Positions 30,687-44,448 of a stretch of 64,000 nt of DNA are shown piece by piece (position 1 is the stretch's first letter; every line of letters begins with the position of its first letter). A program made the position numbers and the translations under genes. Source of the DNA: Mantamonas sphyraenae STR306 (Eukaryota; Protista; CRuMs); NCBI GenBank assembly GCA_026936335.1, contig JAPMXV010000056.1, forward strand, positions 1 through 64,000, read 5' to 3'. The notes beneath the pieces are model-generated. The model had not been told where the DNA came from and did not search any database. It was given only the letters and a program-made list of their open reading frames with translations.

Positions 30687-33600
30687 TCACTCGTCTGCTG
30701 TCGAAGATCGCACCCTGATCGACTCGCTCCCCGTGCTGTTTGTGCTGGCGGCTTGAAGAACCCGCCCATGCGCCCCTCTGGACCCCGTGCGCTGACCAAG
30801 AGTCGTTGCAACTTCCGCTCGATCTCGCCGCACACGCTCTTGCCACTGCTTCTCCAGCTGCTCCTCTCGTCGGCTGCGCATCTCTTGTTTGCGCTTCTCT
30901 CTGGTTGCTTTGCGTTTCTGCTTCTTGTCATTTCTGCGCTTCTTGCGCTTCTCCTTGTCCATCGCGATTTTCTCTTCTCGCTTGTCCTCCACCCATTGCA
31001 CGAGATTGCGCATGCGACCACCCACGCTCAACACATATCCCACCACCGTGCCATTGAACGTGAGCATGCACGCAGAGAACACAGCAGGCACGTTGCCATC
31101 GCCTGCAAACGCCACAACGCTCAATGTGTACACATACACAGACGTGGCCACCAACAGTATCCTGCGTGCGCTCACCGTAAGACGGCGGCCCAGCACAGAG
31201 CCTGCTGCCAGCCCCACCACTGCGTACGGCGACATCATCCATGCCATTGTTGCCACCTCTTCGTTCACCGCGTCTGCAAACACTCCTAGCGCCAGCATCG
31301 TGCCCACCTGCAACACGTTCTCCACCGCCATGACCACCAGTCCAGTAGCCATCGCCTGCCGCACAGATCGACCATGCAGCAGGGCAAGCATCAACGTCAC
31401 CACTGCATGCGACATGCCTCCCATTCGCCATCCGATCACACTTGTTGCCAACACAAACACTCCAATTTCAAGCGTCTGGTTCAGCGTGAGGTCACGTATG
31501 CTTGTCATCGACTGGCGCATGTACTGCACACCCTGCCCGCTCCCGCCTTCCGCTTCAAGCGCGCCCATCTCTTGCATTTCCAGGGCTGCCTTCTGATCCA
31601 CAACATACGCCGCTTCCTCGTCTTCTTGCGCACTGTCCACTCCGCTGGCTGCCATGTAGTCCTCCTTTGCTTCTTGCGCACGCCGTGCTGCACGAGTCAC
31701 TTGCAGGTGCCACGCAAGCACACAGCTTAGCCCCATCACCGCACCAGCCACTCCCACAACCAGCTTGTTCGCTCCGTCGGGACGGCCAACCAGCAACGCG
31801 ACGACATTGCCAAACACAATGAAAGCTGAACATGCGCGCACCAACGGCCACTCTACCTTGGCGCCCGAGCTGGTCACGACCACCACGCTGGCCACGCTGC
31901 CCAGTGCCTGCATTGTGTTGCATAGCACCACCACCTGCTCCATGCTCCATCCATACCCAAGCACCATCACAGGCCCCAGCAGCAGCGACAAATTCAGCAA
32001 TTGCAGCGGCACAACAGTGCCGCTCAGGTAAGCCAGCACCAGTGCAGGTGCAAGCGACGCAATGTTGTCACTCACCATCGATGCCTGCTGCCCATTGCTT
32101 GCCAGCAGAGGAACCCACACAATGAGCACAAGCACAAACAAGCCGAAAACCAGACGTCGCGCGTGCCGACCAGCAAGCTGCCGAAGCTCGCTCATCAATG
32201 GCTCCTTGTGCACCTCCACACCTTCATCCTCCCAGTCTGTGCTTCGTGCGCCCACCTCCACGTGCTCTGACATCTCGTCAACCTCCTCTGCCGCCTCCCC
32301 CTCTGCCCATTTGCCATCACCTTCGCCACCCTCTTCGTCCACGGAGTGCTCTCGTGTCATGACAACCACTTCCTCTAGCCAGTCCTCGGTTGTCTTCATC
32401 TTGGCCTTTGGCTTCACACGCCCGGTCTGCACCATGCGCTGCTTCCGCTCGATGCCCAGCATCGCGTACACCTGTGGCAGCTCCACCAGCGTGTCAAATG
32501 GAATCATCAGCAGCATGTGCTGCGTGTGCAAGGCCTCTTGACGCAAGGCACGCAGCATAGGCCACATCACAAGCAGCCACACAGCGCAGATCACAAGCAG
32601 CGACACCAGCAGTTCCACAGTGAGCGACACCTGAGCCTCGCTCTGCGCAAGCTCCACCCTCTTCAGCAGTCGATCCCCCATGGTGGCCATTGTCTTTGCA
32701 ATCAAGCCGTGCTGAGCATTCATCAACTCCAGCGACAGCGGGTCGTTTGCACGCACCGATTCCAGCGACGACGACGTCACCATATCCCGCAGCGTTTGCA
32801 TGTACTGCAACAGCATGACATGCGCTCCTTGGCTTCCGATACGCCTGTCCAGCGTCCCGCTGCACCCTACTTCTCGGCACCAGTCTGTCGCGTACAGACC
32901 CGTGCGCAGTTGCACGTCACGTTTGCCCGTGCCCACAAGCTTGGCCAGGCGCGCGTGCTCGTCCTCCAGCTGCTGTATCACCTTGAGCATCACCCGAACC
33001 GTAGCCTGTCGTTCCACTTTGCCCTCAAGGGTCATCTGCAGTAGCAGTGGCCTCAGTTCCACCACCTTCCCGCTCACTCTTCCCAGCACATGCAACTGCT
33101 CAATCTGAACCTGCTGGCTCGCATGCGACGCTGAAACAAGTGCAAAAGAGACCACAGTCATTGCCAACAGCGCAAGAAGCGCCAGAATGTATCGCAGGTG
33201 GGTGCGCGACACGACACCCCCTGAGCGACGTCGTCCAACTGTCGTTTGACTTGACATCGTCTTGTCGCCGTGGCTGCTGCTCGTCACGCTGCGCGTCTCA
33301 CCCATTGTCGCCGTCTCTGCCACGACTGCATCTTCCTCGTCGCTGTCTCCGTCGCCACCGCGGTGGCACGCCAGCAGGCGCGCGTACCTGTTCATCAGGT
33401 TGACCACAGTGAACCGCGGGACGGTTGCAAACGTTTCCAGCGTGCTGTCTTTCTCCAACGAGATGAAATGGACCGTGGGGCGAAATGAAAGCCAGCCTAC
33501 GAGCAGCACAATCACAACCACCTCCACAAAAGCGTTCGTCACCAGCTCATCCAGCCCATGCAGCTCCTCGTTCACCTCAAACACCATGATGTCCTCAACC

Positions 33601-36600
33601 GTCTCGTACGCAGTCACCAACACCAGGACGCCATGGTCCACTACCGTTCGGAAAGGCGCAAACGTATCGAGCGACTGCAGGTTTTCCCCAGCGCGGAGTT
33701 GGGTCGTGTTGGCAGCAGCCACCTCCAAGCCACCCTGCGCAAACAGAAGGCCGGCGCGAGACAACGTCGCCTTGGTCTCCGTGACCACCGCTGTTCCTTG
33801 GTCATACGTCTTCCACGCCACCGTCAGATTGCGCACACGGTCGGTTCCGTTTTGAGTCAGCAGCTCGGCCGACGACACATGCTCCACGTGCGCTTTTTGG
33901 AACGCCACGATGTGGTTGTACACCTGAGTCGATGCGTGCATGTACAAGTTTGAGCGCACGACTGCGTCCAGCTCGCTGAACCGCGCCTGTACCGTTTCGT
34001 TGTGTGGTAGCAGCCCGGCCTGCTGCGCCTTGGCTGTGTCCACAGTTCCGTTTGGTGACGTCGCTGCTTGAAGAGACGCTAGCGACGCGTGCATGGTATC
34101 CAGGTTCACCGCTTCTGTCCACAGCACCGACTCACACGAGAGCACCGGCAACTCCTCCACGGCCACCAACGAAAGCACCATTGTGTGTGCGTGATCCTCA
34201 AACGTGCTCTCCAGCGCAAATTGGATTACCGTCACCGTCACCACAAACATCAGCGTGACCATAACCACGGTGCGCAGCTGTACAATGCCCTTTTGGTTGG
34301 CCAATCCAGACTGATTGTTCGAGCGCGTCTGCTGCGCAAACTCCGCACGCATCTCCTGCAAACGCTTGCGCAGCTTGCGGCGTCCACTGCGAACAGACGA
34401 CGAAGACGATTGACTACCGTCGCTGCTGGCCCTGCGTCGCCTTTGTGGCGGTGCCGATGAAGTGGTCGATCGCTGTTCATCGGGCAACGTCCCTGACGAC
34501 GGGTTGTCCCGTGAAACGTACGTGTCGGTGCCGTTCGATGCCAGACTTTCTGTTTCGGTGTTGATCTTGACCGATCGTTGGCTGCGCGCTTTCCTTCGTC
34601 CCGGGGGAGTCGACGTCATCGCCGTTCGTGAATCTGTGCGCTGCACCAGAGCCGAAGTGAGTACACTGGACGACGACAAACGTGTAAGTCCGGGCTTTGT
34701 CGCGTTGACGTTGTACGCCTGCAGTGTGTCGTCTTCGCCCAGAACCACGCAAAAGAGGCCCTGGGATGGGATCCACTTGATTCCCAGCTGGCCGCGAAAG
34801 TCCAGCGCCGGCACGTGTGCTTCCATGTACCTGACTTCGCCCGACACCATGGCGTCGTTCAACAGCAATTCGACTTCACCCAGGTGCTGCCGCCTCTCCA
34901 GCGCCGGTGCGGGCGTGCTTGACGACACAGCGCCGTCACTCCGCGGAGTTTGCGCCCAGCTCGCACCCGTGCCCCTCATGCTGGTGACGGTGACTTCATC
35001 CCCACCAAGAATGGGTGACATCGGATCTGACTCTGTTTGGGTCACTTCCATCGGCTCTCGCTCGTTGTCTGTGGCGTCATTGGGCGGCACGGTGGAGCGT
35101 GTGACCACGGAATCTGCGTTGTCCTCAGACCCACTCCCAACCGAATGCTCCATGCCCATGGTACCGCGCTTCAGACTGTGCACGTTGCCGTTTGTTTGTA
35201 CAAGGCTGGACACGGGGCTTCCCAGCTCCAACGAGGCGTCCCGGATTCGCCTGTGCTTCATCGCTCGGCGCAGCACCTTGTTCCACCCGACCACGGCTGT
35301 CATGCTGCCACGCGTCTCGTACACAACCATGTTGTCCGATTCATCAAACTCACGGCTTCGAGTGAGTGTGACAATGAATGTGTGAGACGTCTGTCCGTGC
35401 TCGTCCTCGCTGCTGCTCTCGAGTGGGGTTGCGTGCGCCGAATCCTCCACAGCCAGCTGCCGTTCGAGCACCACCGTTTGCGAGCGAAAGCGCTCCACCT
35501 GCATGTTCATCGGCACAAAGTCTCCTGAGGCTGTTAGCGCCATCACGGGATGCACTTCGTTCAGGTCAGAACGATCGAGTGCGTGCCGGTGAATGGATCG
35601 CGACGACATGGGTAGCACCTTGGACAGGGGCCTGTTTTCCAGTTGGTCGTGGCGCCAGCCCAGCAAGTGATCGTTCTGCACAACCAGAATGGTGCCGCTG
35701 CTGTCCACCACCAGTTCATACTCCTCGTTCTCTGCTCGCTGACCCTTGCGCTTCCTGCTGTTGCGTTCCTCGCCACGTGCCTCCAACTCTTCAGCCTTGT
35801 TGTACAGCAGCTCCGACGCTTGCTGGTCCGACATGACTTCAGACATGAACTGGGCGTAGGCGCGGTGGACGCGAGCCACGCGCGGATACTGCGCCAACAG
35901 CTCAAGAAACAGGTTGCGCGCCTGTTTCTGCGACTCTACGATGCTCTTGAGCACCTGCTCCATGTCTCCCAGATCAACCTGGGAGGCCAGCAGCATTTCC
36001 CAAAACTCGTGCATGAGCTCGAGAGCGGCAACGTGCTTCGTCCGCGCCACGTTGAGATTCTGCTGCAGACGCAGATGCGACACAAGGCCAGCCTTGCCCG
36101 AACGATTATCCACAGCAGCCATGGCCTCGCGATGCATGCGCATCACCTCTGTGTGCACCATAAAGTGCACGTCTGCAGGGGGGTTCAAAGCGCGCACGCT
36201 TTCCAGGTCGACCGACGCCCCTGCTGAGCCCGTGTACTGCAGAAAGCGATGGAAACACAACAGCAGATATGCACTGTGTGGAAACATGCGCATGCCCTCC
36301 TGGTACAGGTGGCGCACGTTTGCCTGCTGCACCGTGTCAAACTGGGCATTCCCTTCCATGATGCCTCGCGCGAGAAGCTCCACGTGCAGATGCGAGCGCA
36401 CGGTTACTGTGCGCCCATTGACAAGCAAACAGCCGTGCAGCGCGTCAAATTCAATGTCTACCAACGACAGACGCTGAGCCAGGCGTTCGGTTCCCAGCTG
36501 CTCGACTGCATCTTCGTTGTCCAACGTTTCTGCAAGGGAGGCAAAGAGTTTGGTGACACTATCGATGGGTACGCCTCGGCTGGTGTCCAACACGCTGAGG

Positions 36601-38226
36601 AACATACGCACAAAGATCTCCCGCGCTGCGATCCACGAAACGACGCCCACGACCATCATGCCCAAAATCCACAGCACCAGCCACTCCGGAAAGGTCGAAG
36701 GCACCAGAATAACGGTAATGCCGCTCCAAAGAGTTGCCGATGCCAGCGCAATGGTCAACTGGTTCGTGCGCAGCCTGTAGAACGGATACAGATACACGCG
36801 AGTGGCCACAATGACAGCCATCACCAGCACAAAGATGACTGCGTACAAAAGGCGAAATTGTGCAGGCTGCATGGCCGCTGGCAGCACAGCAAAGAGAAAG
36901 GCAAGCAGCGAGCGGATCGCAATCCAGCCGAGTTCCACGCGGCCGTGGGGTCGAGCTGTGATCATCTTTGAGCTCATGGAGGTGTCAAAGTAGGTCATGC
37001 GACACAGGGCTGCCACCAGAACGAGCACAAAGAGACACACCACGGTTAGCGGCACCAAGGAGATGAAGGAGCAGTTCTTGCCCGTTGGGCACAGAGACTC
37101 GAGCAGAACCATGGCTGCAGGCAAATAGCCGACCGAAATCAGCACTGTTACAACTGTACGCAGCAGGACCAGAGGCCATAGGGCAACAAAATGCTGCCTG
37201 GCCACAGAAAACGCCGTGTACAGCGTGAGCAGAAGCACCAGCAAAACGGCGCTCACTGCTACGCCATAGGCAAGCGCAAACAAGTCACCAGAAAGCATCA
37301 AACGCAAATTGAACACCTCCATAAGGCTCATGAGTGTTTGGTGTGACTGGTTGCTCTCGTATGCAGCGGGGAGCGAGGCTGGCGGTGTTTCGGGAAGATT
37401 GAGGAGGACACGTCTCCAAAGTGTCAACTTGCGCGTCGCGCTTGCGCGACCCCATCGTTTCGCTGAAATGCATTTTTGGAAGGGAAAATTGGCGACCATG
37501 CACTACAATGCACTGCAACAACGCGGTCACATCATGCAACACAACAGCAACGTTTCCAAGGAACTTTCCTGGAGCGTCAGCACGTTTCAGAAAAAAATGC
37601 ACACGTGCACGCAGCACCCCAACATCGCATTGTCCATCAACAGCTGCACAATTGGACATCGCCTCGCATAGACAATCCCTCCAGCTGTGCATTAGCGGGT
37701 ACAGGCATTCGTGGTCAAGCTGGCAGTGGCCGGGGACAACGGGACTCGCCAAATATGTTCCACGCGGACAAAGGCGGGCGCTTGGGGATCTTTCGTGCTT
37801 GCACACCCATGCGATGACCACTTTTACGACCAAACATGATCTGGCTGCCAGGGACGTGCAGACAAGTGCTGGGGGAGCGATGCACGCAAAACGGCGAAAC
37901 GTTCTTCAAAACGCGTCGAAAAAAAAAACGGGGTTGTCTTAAGAGCACGACGTACCTCGCAGCACCAGTGAGATGACCTGAGCATGCTCCACAACCAGAG
38001 AAAGGTACAGCCAAATATTGGAGATGTCCATCTGGTCCTTGAGCATGTAGGCCATGGTGTCGAGCAGGACGCGCTTGGCAAACTCGAGACGGCTTGGCTT
38101 TGTGGCGCCACCAACGACGACAACATCGTCGCCTGCCCCGCCTGCTTCCCAAGCCAACGAGGCACCGCTGATACCGGCGTCCCCTGGAGCAAGAGAACGG
38201 TCGTGTCCAGCGCGGGTCACGTTCAT
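30687..38226 (-). CDS. TmcB/TmcC-like multi-pass membrane protein with PAS domain and C-terminal TauE/SafE-like domain
   Basis: N-terminal TM bundle with ARPHGRVE and YLYPFY; helical region FWEML...YAQFMSEVMSD; PAS-like VVDSSGTI...LLGW...L..VLP; ML.MIP motif. Exon 1 38226-37956, intron 37379-37955 restores the frame. Confidence 0.8.
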
Positions 38227-38333
38227 TTTGGGTGGGCTGGGGCGCCTTTTTCCCCCCTTCGTGTCACTGCATGAGCCGCGACACGCAATCACACCATCAC
38301 ACCATTTCGGGTTCGCTCACGTTTTCCTCGCAT

Positions 38334-41256
38334 TCAAGGCTCCACTTGCACGTTGTCGGCAGCCAGGTAACCGATGGGCTGGTCGTGGCCGTCGGGAATG
38401 TTGAAAAAGTCCATGGACGGGTTCTCCTCACTCCAGGCTCGATCGCACACAAAGTAGCCACGGCGTTCAAACTGCACGACATCGCCCTTCTTGAGCAGTT
38501 GCACAGCCTGTTGACCCAGAGTGCTCTGCACCTTTTCGCTCACCGGATTGAGGTGGTCCTTGAAATCGTCCTTCTTCTCCAGCTGCTTCTTGTTCAGGAG
38601 CAGGTCAAAGTGGAACAGGTTGCAGGGAACCAGCAGGTCCGGTTGGTGGTTGGACACCCAGCTGAGCTTGAGTTCGGTGCTCTTAAAGTCGCCAGCAAGG
38701 TGCAGGCGAGCGGACACCTGCGTGGGCACGCTCTCGCCGTCCGCACGCACCACACCCTCCACGATCATGTTGCCCCAATGCATCAGGGTCACTTCGTCAC
38801 CCACGTTGAGCAGCGCTGCGTCCTCAGGCTCCAGCAGCAGGCTGCTCGAGTACCACACGTTCTTGCTGCCCACACTCTTTCGCTTTGGGTGCATGTCCAC
38901 CTGCTGCAGCTCGGCCTCCTCGGGCACTCCAGGCCCAGAGAGCAGCAGGGGTACGCCCGCACCCGCATCGATGGCCATGAAGCGCGGGGCAATGGGGTCG
39001 ATGATCTTCTTGTTGATGTTCCACATCTTGCTGAAACTCATCAGGTTGTCCGAGGTCGACGCACCCATGGAGATGAGAAACTCCTTGAGCGCTTTCACCT
39101 GCAGGCCACGACGCAGCATTCCCTGCACAGTAGGGAAGCGCGGGTCGTCCCACCCGCGCACAACGTTGTTGTCCACAAACCAGGTCAGCTTGCGCTTGGA
39201 CAGCAGCGTGTACGCAAAGTTAACGCGCGAGTACTCCCAAATGTGGATGTCGCGCAGGTTCATGGCGTTCAGGAACCAGTGGTACTGCTCGTCGCGGTCC
39301 TTGTACTCGCTGGTACGCAGGGTGTGCGTGACCCCTTCCAGCACATCCACAATGGGGCACGCAAAGTCGTAGGTCGGATACACCTTGTACTTGTCGCCAT
39401 GGATGTGGTGCGGCGTGGCCACGCATCGGTAGATCGACGGGTCGCGCAGGCTTGCGTTGTCCGCCGCGTAGTTGATGCGTGCACGTGCCACGCAGCTTTG
39501 GCCCTTTTCCGTGCCCTTCTTCATCTCCTCCCACAGCGCCAGGTTCTGTTCCACGGTTTGGTCACGGTGCGGCGACGCCAACTTGTTGTACCGCTGGTGT
39601 GCAATGTCCTCCTGCGCCTGTTCGTCCACGTAAGCCAGGCCGTTCTCGAACATCTCCTGCGCCTTGAGCAACAGCGTCTCAAAGTGGTCCGACGTGTGCG
39701 TAATCTGGTCAATCTGGATCTCCAGCGTCTCCAGGTCGCCCAGGATGTTCTCTTCGTACTCGGCCTTCTCCTTGGCAGGGTTGGTGTCGTCGAAGCGCAC
39801 AATCAGCTTGCCCTGGTACTGGCGTGCAAAGTACGAGTTGAGAATCACTGCCTTGGCGTGGCCCACGTGCATGTATCCAGACGGTTCGGGCGGAAAGCGC
39901 GTCACCACCTGACCAAACGTCGCTCCGGGCAGCTCCACGTTGAACGAGCCCGTCGTCACCTTCTTCTTCTTCTTGTCCTCCTCGCTCGTGGCCAGGGCCA
40001 TGTCAATGCTCTTGCGGAACTTGCCTGGCAGGAAGCGCACCGTTGTGGCCATCGTGGGCGAGTTTTGCAAGTAAGTGTACCACCGATCCAAGTGTGGCAC
40101 AGACTGCGGAGAGGCTTCGCGCGAGGTCATCAACAGCTCCCGCAGGCCCTCTGCTGGTTGAACGTGTACCAGAACGCATAGTCGGCCAGCGTGGCCACTG
40201 TGCCTGCCAGGAACACGTTGAACTTCAGCCTCTGGTTCACCTCCTCCGCCATCTGCTCCAGTGACGCCTGCGTGCGAGTCAGCTCTGCGTGCCTCGCCAG
40301 CCACTGGTCAACCTGCAGTACGAGGCCATTGTGGGCATTGTCGTTGTGTGTGTGCGTATTTGTGAGTGAATTGTCCATGCGTGCTTCGCGGTCTCCGCTG
40401 CCTCACCCCACTCTTACCATCGCTGCCTCAAACTCGTCCGCCCCATACGGGTACTCCGTGCTGCCCTGCTCCGGGTAGCGTGCCAGGAAGCGCGCAATGT
40501 TGTGGTCCGACGAAATGGTCAGGCTGTGGTGGGAGCCGGTGCGTGTCAGCGAGATCGGCGAAAAATGCTCCACTGCAACTTTTCGGGTGGAACGAAAATG
40601 CAAACCTACGCGTTGGCCAGTCGCAGCTCCGTCTCTCCAGCTCCGGGCTTGGGAATCCAGCGTACTCCCAGCGAGCGGTTGCACGCGGTGGCAAACAGAG
40701 ACGCAAATGGAGGCGTGGCCGGGTCGTACGTCACCGTGGGTTTGTCCAGCACAAACGTGCGCTTGAACAATCCGGTGCTCTGCGTCCCAGCCGCTCCTGC
40801 CTTCTTTGTCCCCTCCTCCTCAACCTCTTTGCCACCCTTGCCACCCTTGCCACCCTTGGCGCCCTTGGCCTCCTTCTTTTCCTTGCCCTTGCCCTTCTTG
40901 TCGTTCTTCTTGCCCGCCGGCGCCTTGGCGTCCATCCCGGCCGCCTCCTTCAGCTTCAGCAGCTCCGCAACCGCCGCCTTGATCTCCTCAGCAGACGCCT
41001 TGTCAGCCTTGAGCTGGCGTACCTTGTCCGCTTGCTGCTGCACGGCTGCCATAGCCGCTTCATTGCCGCCCTTGCTCTCAGTCTTCTTGCCTGCTGGCTG
41101 CTTGGCGTCCATCCCGGCCGCCTCTTTCAGCTTCAGCAGCTCCGCCACAGCCGCCTTGATCTCATCTGCTGGTGCCTTGTCTGCTTTGAGCTGGCGAACT
41201 TTTTGCGCTTGCTCCTGCACAGCTGCCTTGGCTGCCTCGTTGTCCTGTGTCGACAT
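38334..41256 (-). CDS. Cytosolic glutamyl-tRNA synthetase with two N-terminal WHEP domains and a GST-like domain (introns 40524-40609, 40313-40417; frameshift near 40150)
   Basis: RFPPEPSGYMHVGH, RFDDTNP, YPTYDFACP, LLSKRKL, GWDDPRFPT, QFERRGYF; two copies of VQ.QA.KVRQLKADKA...IKAAVAELLKLK. Confidence 0.93.
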
Positions 41257-41292
41257 GTTCGCTCCAGTAGTTTTCGGTGGCTCCCACGGCGT

Positions 41293-43043
41293 TCATTTGG
41301 TCATCGTCCCTCCTCCTTCTCCTCCTCCTCCACTCCCATTGCTACCCAGCCCTGCTTCCAGATCTGGTTTCACCACCCGGATCCAGTGCGAGCGACATTG
41401 GATGTCCGAACGGCCCGGAATGTGCTCGGCTACGCGTGACCACGCAGACTCGCCCAGTTCACCCACCATCTCCTTCAACTTGCGGTCCTCGTCCTTTGTC
41501 CATCGACCCTTCTTCAGCTCCGGGTTCACCACACGGTTCCACCGCTGCGACAGCTGTGCGCCCGTGCGCGTGTTCCCGAAATCCGCTGCAGCCTTTGTCC
41601 ACGCCCGTGTTCCGTGCTGTCATCACACCCAATTGCCCCCATCCATCAGAGGCTGCACCGAGAAGTCATCCCAGATTGCCCATCACCATACACACACACA
41701 CACACAATCTCTCTCTTTCTCGGCTCTGCGAGACGTGTCCGCATTCTCCGCCCACACTTACCTTGGCCACGACCGCCAACAGCTTGGCGTCCTCCGCCTC
41801 TGTCCAGTACTTTTTCTCGTTTCCTCGGGACGGTGTCTTGACGTAGCACACCGGGGATGATTCATACGCCCCTACCTTGATTGGTGTGGCCTTGGGCGAC
41901 GATTTCGTTGCGTTGCGTCGCTTCCGGCGTGCTCGAGGCCGTCCCGACCCGCCCTTGGCCCGCCGCTCTCCGTCCGCCCTCCCATCGCCCACGTTTAGCT
42001 CGGGCAGCGGCAGGATTGTATCTGGGATCATGTGCGCAGATACCATGCCATCTCCTTCCTCGTCAGAGGACACCTCTTCTCCGTTCAGCCTTCGCTGTCG
42101 CCGGTTTGCTCGCTTCTTTCGTGCGGCGCTGGCCTGTTTCCGCTCCAAATCTTGCAACAGCTGCCTCTGAGACGCCTCAAACGCATCCGCCTCTTTGCGC
42201 GACCCCCGCCTGCCCCGCATCTTCTTGCCGGAAGGTTTGCCACTGAGGCCATGCTTCGTGGTGCCCTCCTTCCCTTGTGCCGACTCGGGCGTGTCTGCGC
42301 GCCCAGGCCACATTTCCCCCGCCGCCGTGAGACCGCCGGTGGACGCTCTCGCGCTTGCCCCGTCTCCGCCTGTCGACCTCCCCGGAGCCATGACTCCGTC
42401 CAGCGAAAAGTCCGCTTCCCCCTTGCGCACCGCCTCTTGCTGTGTGACCCCATGTGTTAGTCGAAGGACGCCGCAGAGGGCTGCTTGCCCCACCACGTTG
42501 GAAAAAGGATGCGTTCGCAGACGTGCTGCCGCACACGCAACGTACCAGCTTGCTGGCCATGGCGCCCAGGTAGCCCAGACCCACACTAAACGGCTCCTGC
42601 TTCTGTCTGCCACCCTCTGCGTCCCTGTCTGAGCCTACGCGCTGCCTCTTGTGCTCCCGGGCCGTCTCGCTGCGTCCTTTGTCTGCATGGTCCCGTTTCG
42701 CTGTCACCGCTTCCCCGCCAGGGCCTCCACTCTGGCTGTTTATCCACGGTGGACTCATCATGGGCATGCCCATGGGAAACATCTGTGGCATCCCTACTCC
42801 GGACCTTTCCATCTGCCCGTCACCACTCTGCGACGACGCTGCAGCGAGCATGTGCTGTTGCAGCAGCCACGCTTGCGTCTGCAACATGTACTGCATCTGC
42901 GCCATCTGGCTTAGGCTCATCCCAGAACCAATCCCCATTCCGCCTGCCATGCCAACACCCATCCCACCCGACTCAAATCCCTCTGCCTCTTCCTCATCCT
43001 TGCTGCTGCGCTTCCGCTTGGAGCTGCGTTTTTTCGCTGGCAT
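41293..43043 (-). CDS. Myb transcription factor with two C-terminal Myb repeats (introns 42440-42545, 41617-41761)
   Basis: WTEAEDAKLL..V.K|HGTRAWTKAA...RTGAQLSQRWNRVVNPELKKGRWTKDED...W..VAEHIPGRSDIQCRSHW. Confidence 0.9.
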
Positions 43044-43210
43044 CGAGCTCGAGCAAAATTCACAATGCAATCGGTTGGTCCCGATGGAACGGATTCCCGA
43101 CGCGTGCTGTGGTGTTGGAACACCGATCGAATGCGCCCACACTCAATGCGTTCGACTTCCCACGCGCCGACGCTGCCAATCAGCACGCCGTTGACCCATT
43201 GCTCTCTCTG

Positions 43211-43240
43211 CCGACCCGTCCGACCCGTCCGACCCGTCCG
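43211..43240. repeat. 9-bp tandem repeat (CCGACCCGT) x3 in the divergent promoter region
   Basis: ccgacccgtccgacccgtccgacccgtccg between the Myb and zinc-finger start codons. Confidence 0.85.
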
Positions 43241-43325
43241 TGCCATCACTCTCCTTCCTCCTTCCATCCCCTGATTCCGTTCCCGATTCTTGCCACTGCC
43301 ACCCTCTCCTCCTATCGTCTCCACC

Positions 43326-44215
43326 ATGCAACGCCTGGTGCACGAACTAGACATCCGCACAGGCCGGTTCCGCCAGCTCCTCTACGACGAGGACGGCAAC
43401 ATTGTACAAATTGATGGCCAGCCACAGCAACAAGACCAACAAGACCAACAATCCTCGCAAGGCCAAACACATACGCCCAGTGCTGCCACCCCCACAACCG
43501 CAGACGCGCAGCCAGCAACCCCTTCAAACCGTCCGCGCCAACCCACCACACAGGAGTGTGTCGTCTGTGGCAAGCAGGTGGCCATCAATAGACTGGAAGT
43601 CCATGTCAATTCACATTTCGCCGACGATGACGACGACGATATCGACTCGGGCGAGGTGATCATCCACCACGGGGCCCGCAACGCAAACCTCGACGTCTCC
43701 CTTCGCGACACCCGTCCCAACCCGCTCCAGGTCACCGGCACTGCTTTCCCACGCACATGCAAGATGTGCCAGCGCCGAGGTGTCGGCATCATTGGTGTGC
43801 GTGCTTCCCTTTTGCCCCGCTTCCGCGTTTGTGCCTTTTCCCCTCCCCCCCACCGGTCCACACCTTCGGCCCTCCTTGCCCCATCCACCCTCTCACCCAA
43901 GTATCCGTCCTACCCACTTCCCCGCAGGCCAACGGAAAATGCGCAGACTGCTCAACCAAGAGCCAAGGCGTCGCAAACGTGCAGGCCACCCTTTCCTGCT
44001 CTCGCTGCGGTAGCACCACTGCAGAGAGCTACATTGGAGGCATGTGCGAATCCTGTCACCACCAGAAGCGCGTCCTCGACACATATTCGATCGATGAAAG
44101 TCCCGAACTCAACGACGCCGGCTCAGAGTTTGTCGTCACCTGCCCGCTCTGTCAGTGTGACGTGCCCAGCTCCACCATTGATGCACACATTGCGCTAGAC
44201 CACGACACAGACTGA
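43326..44215 (+). CDS. Small multi-zinc-finger protein with two UBZ-like C2H2-type fingers (intron 43797-43927)
   Basis: CVVCGKQV..NRLEVHVNSH; four CxxC pairs; CPLCQCDV..STIDAHIALDH. Confidence 0.75.
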
Positions 44216-44448
44216 GAGCGTGGCACCTTTCTCCCCCCTCCCTCCTCCCCGTGACCGAAAAGCCCTTTCCCTTTGCACGTGTGAAGGAATCCCTCCAGCT
44301 GCCAAATGCACCCTACTCAATGCCAAAACCCAACAACTCTGCTCACTTGTGCCTTGAGCCATCCGCACGCACGCCAGACCGTCTTCCCACCGCGGGATGG
44401 CCGACCCACCCGCTGGCCCACTGCAAACCCACCACCTTCTTGCCCGCC

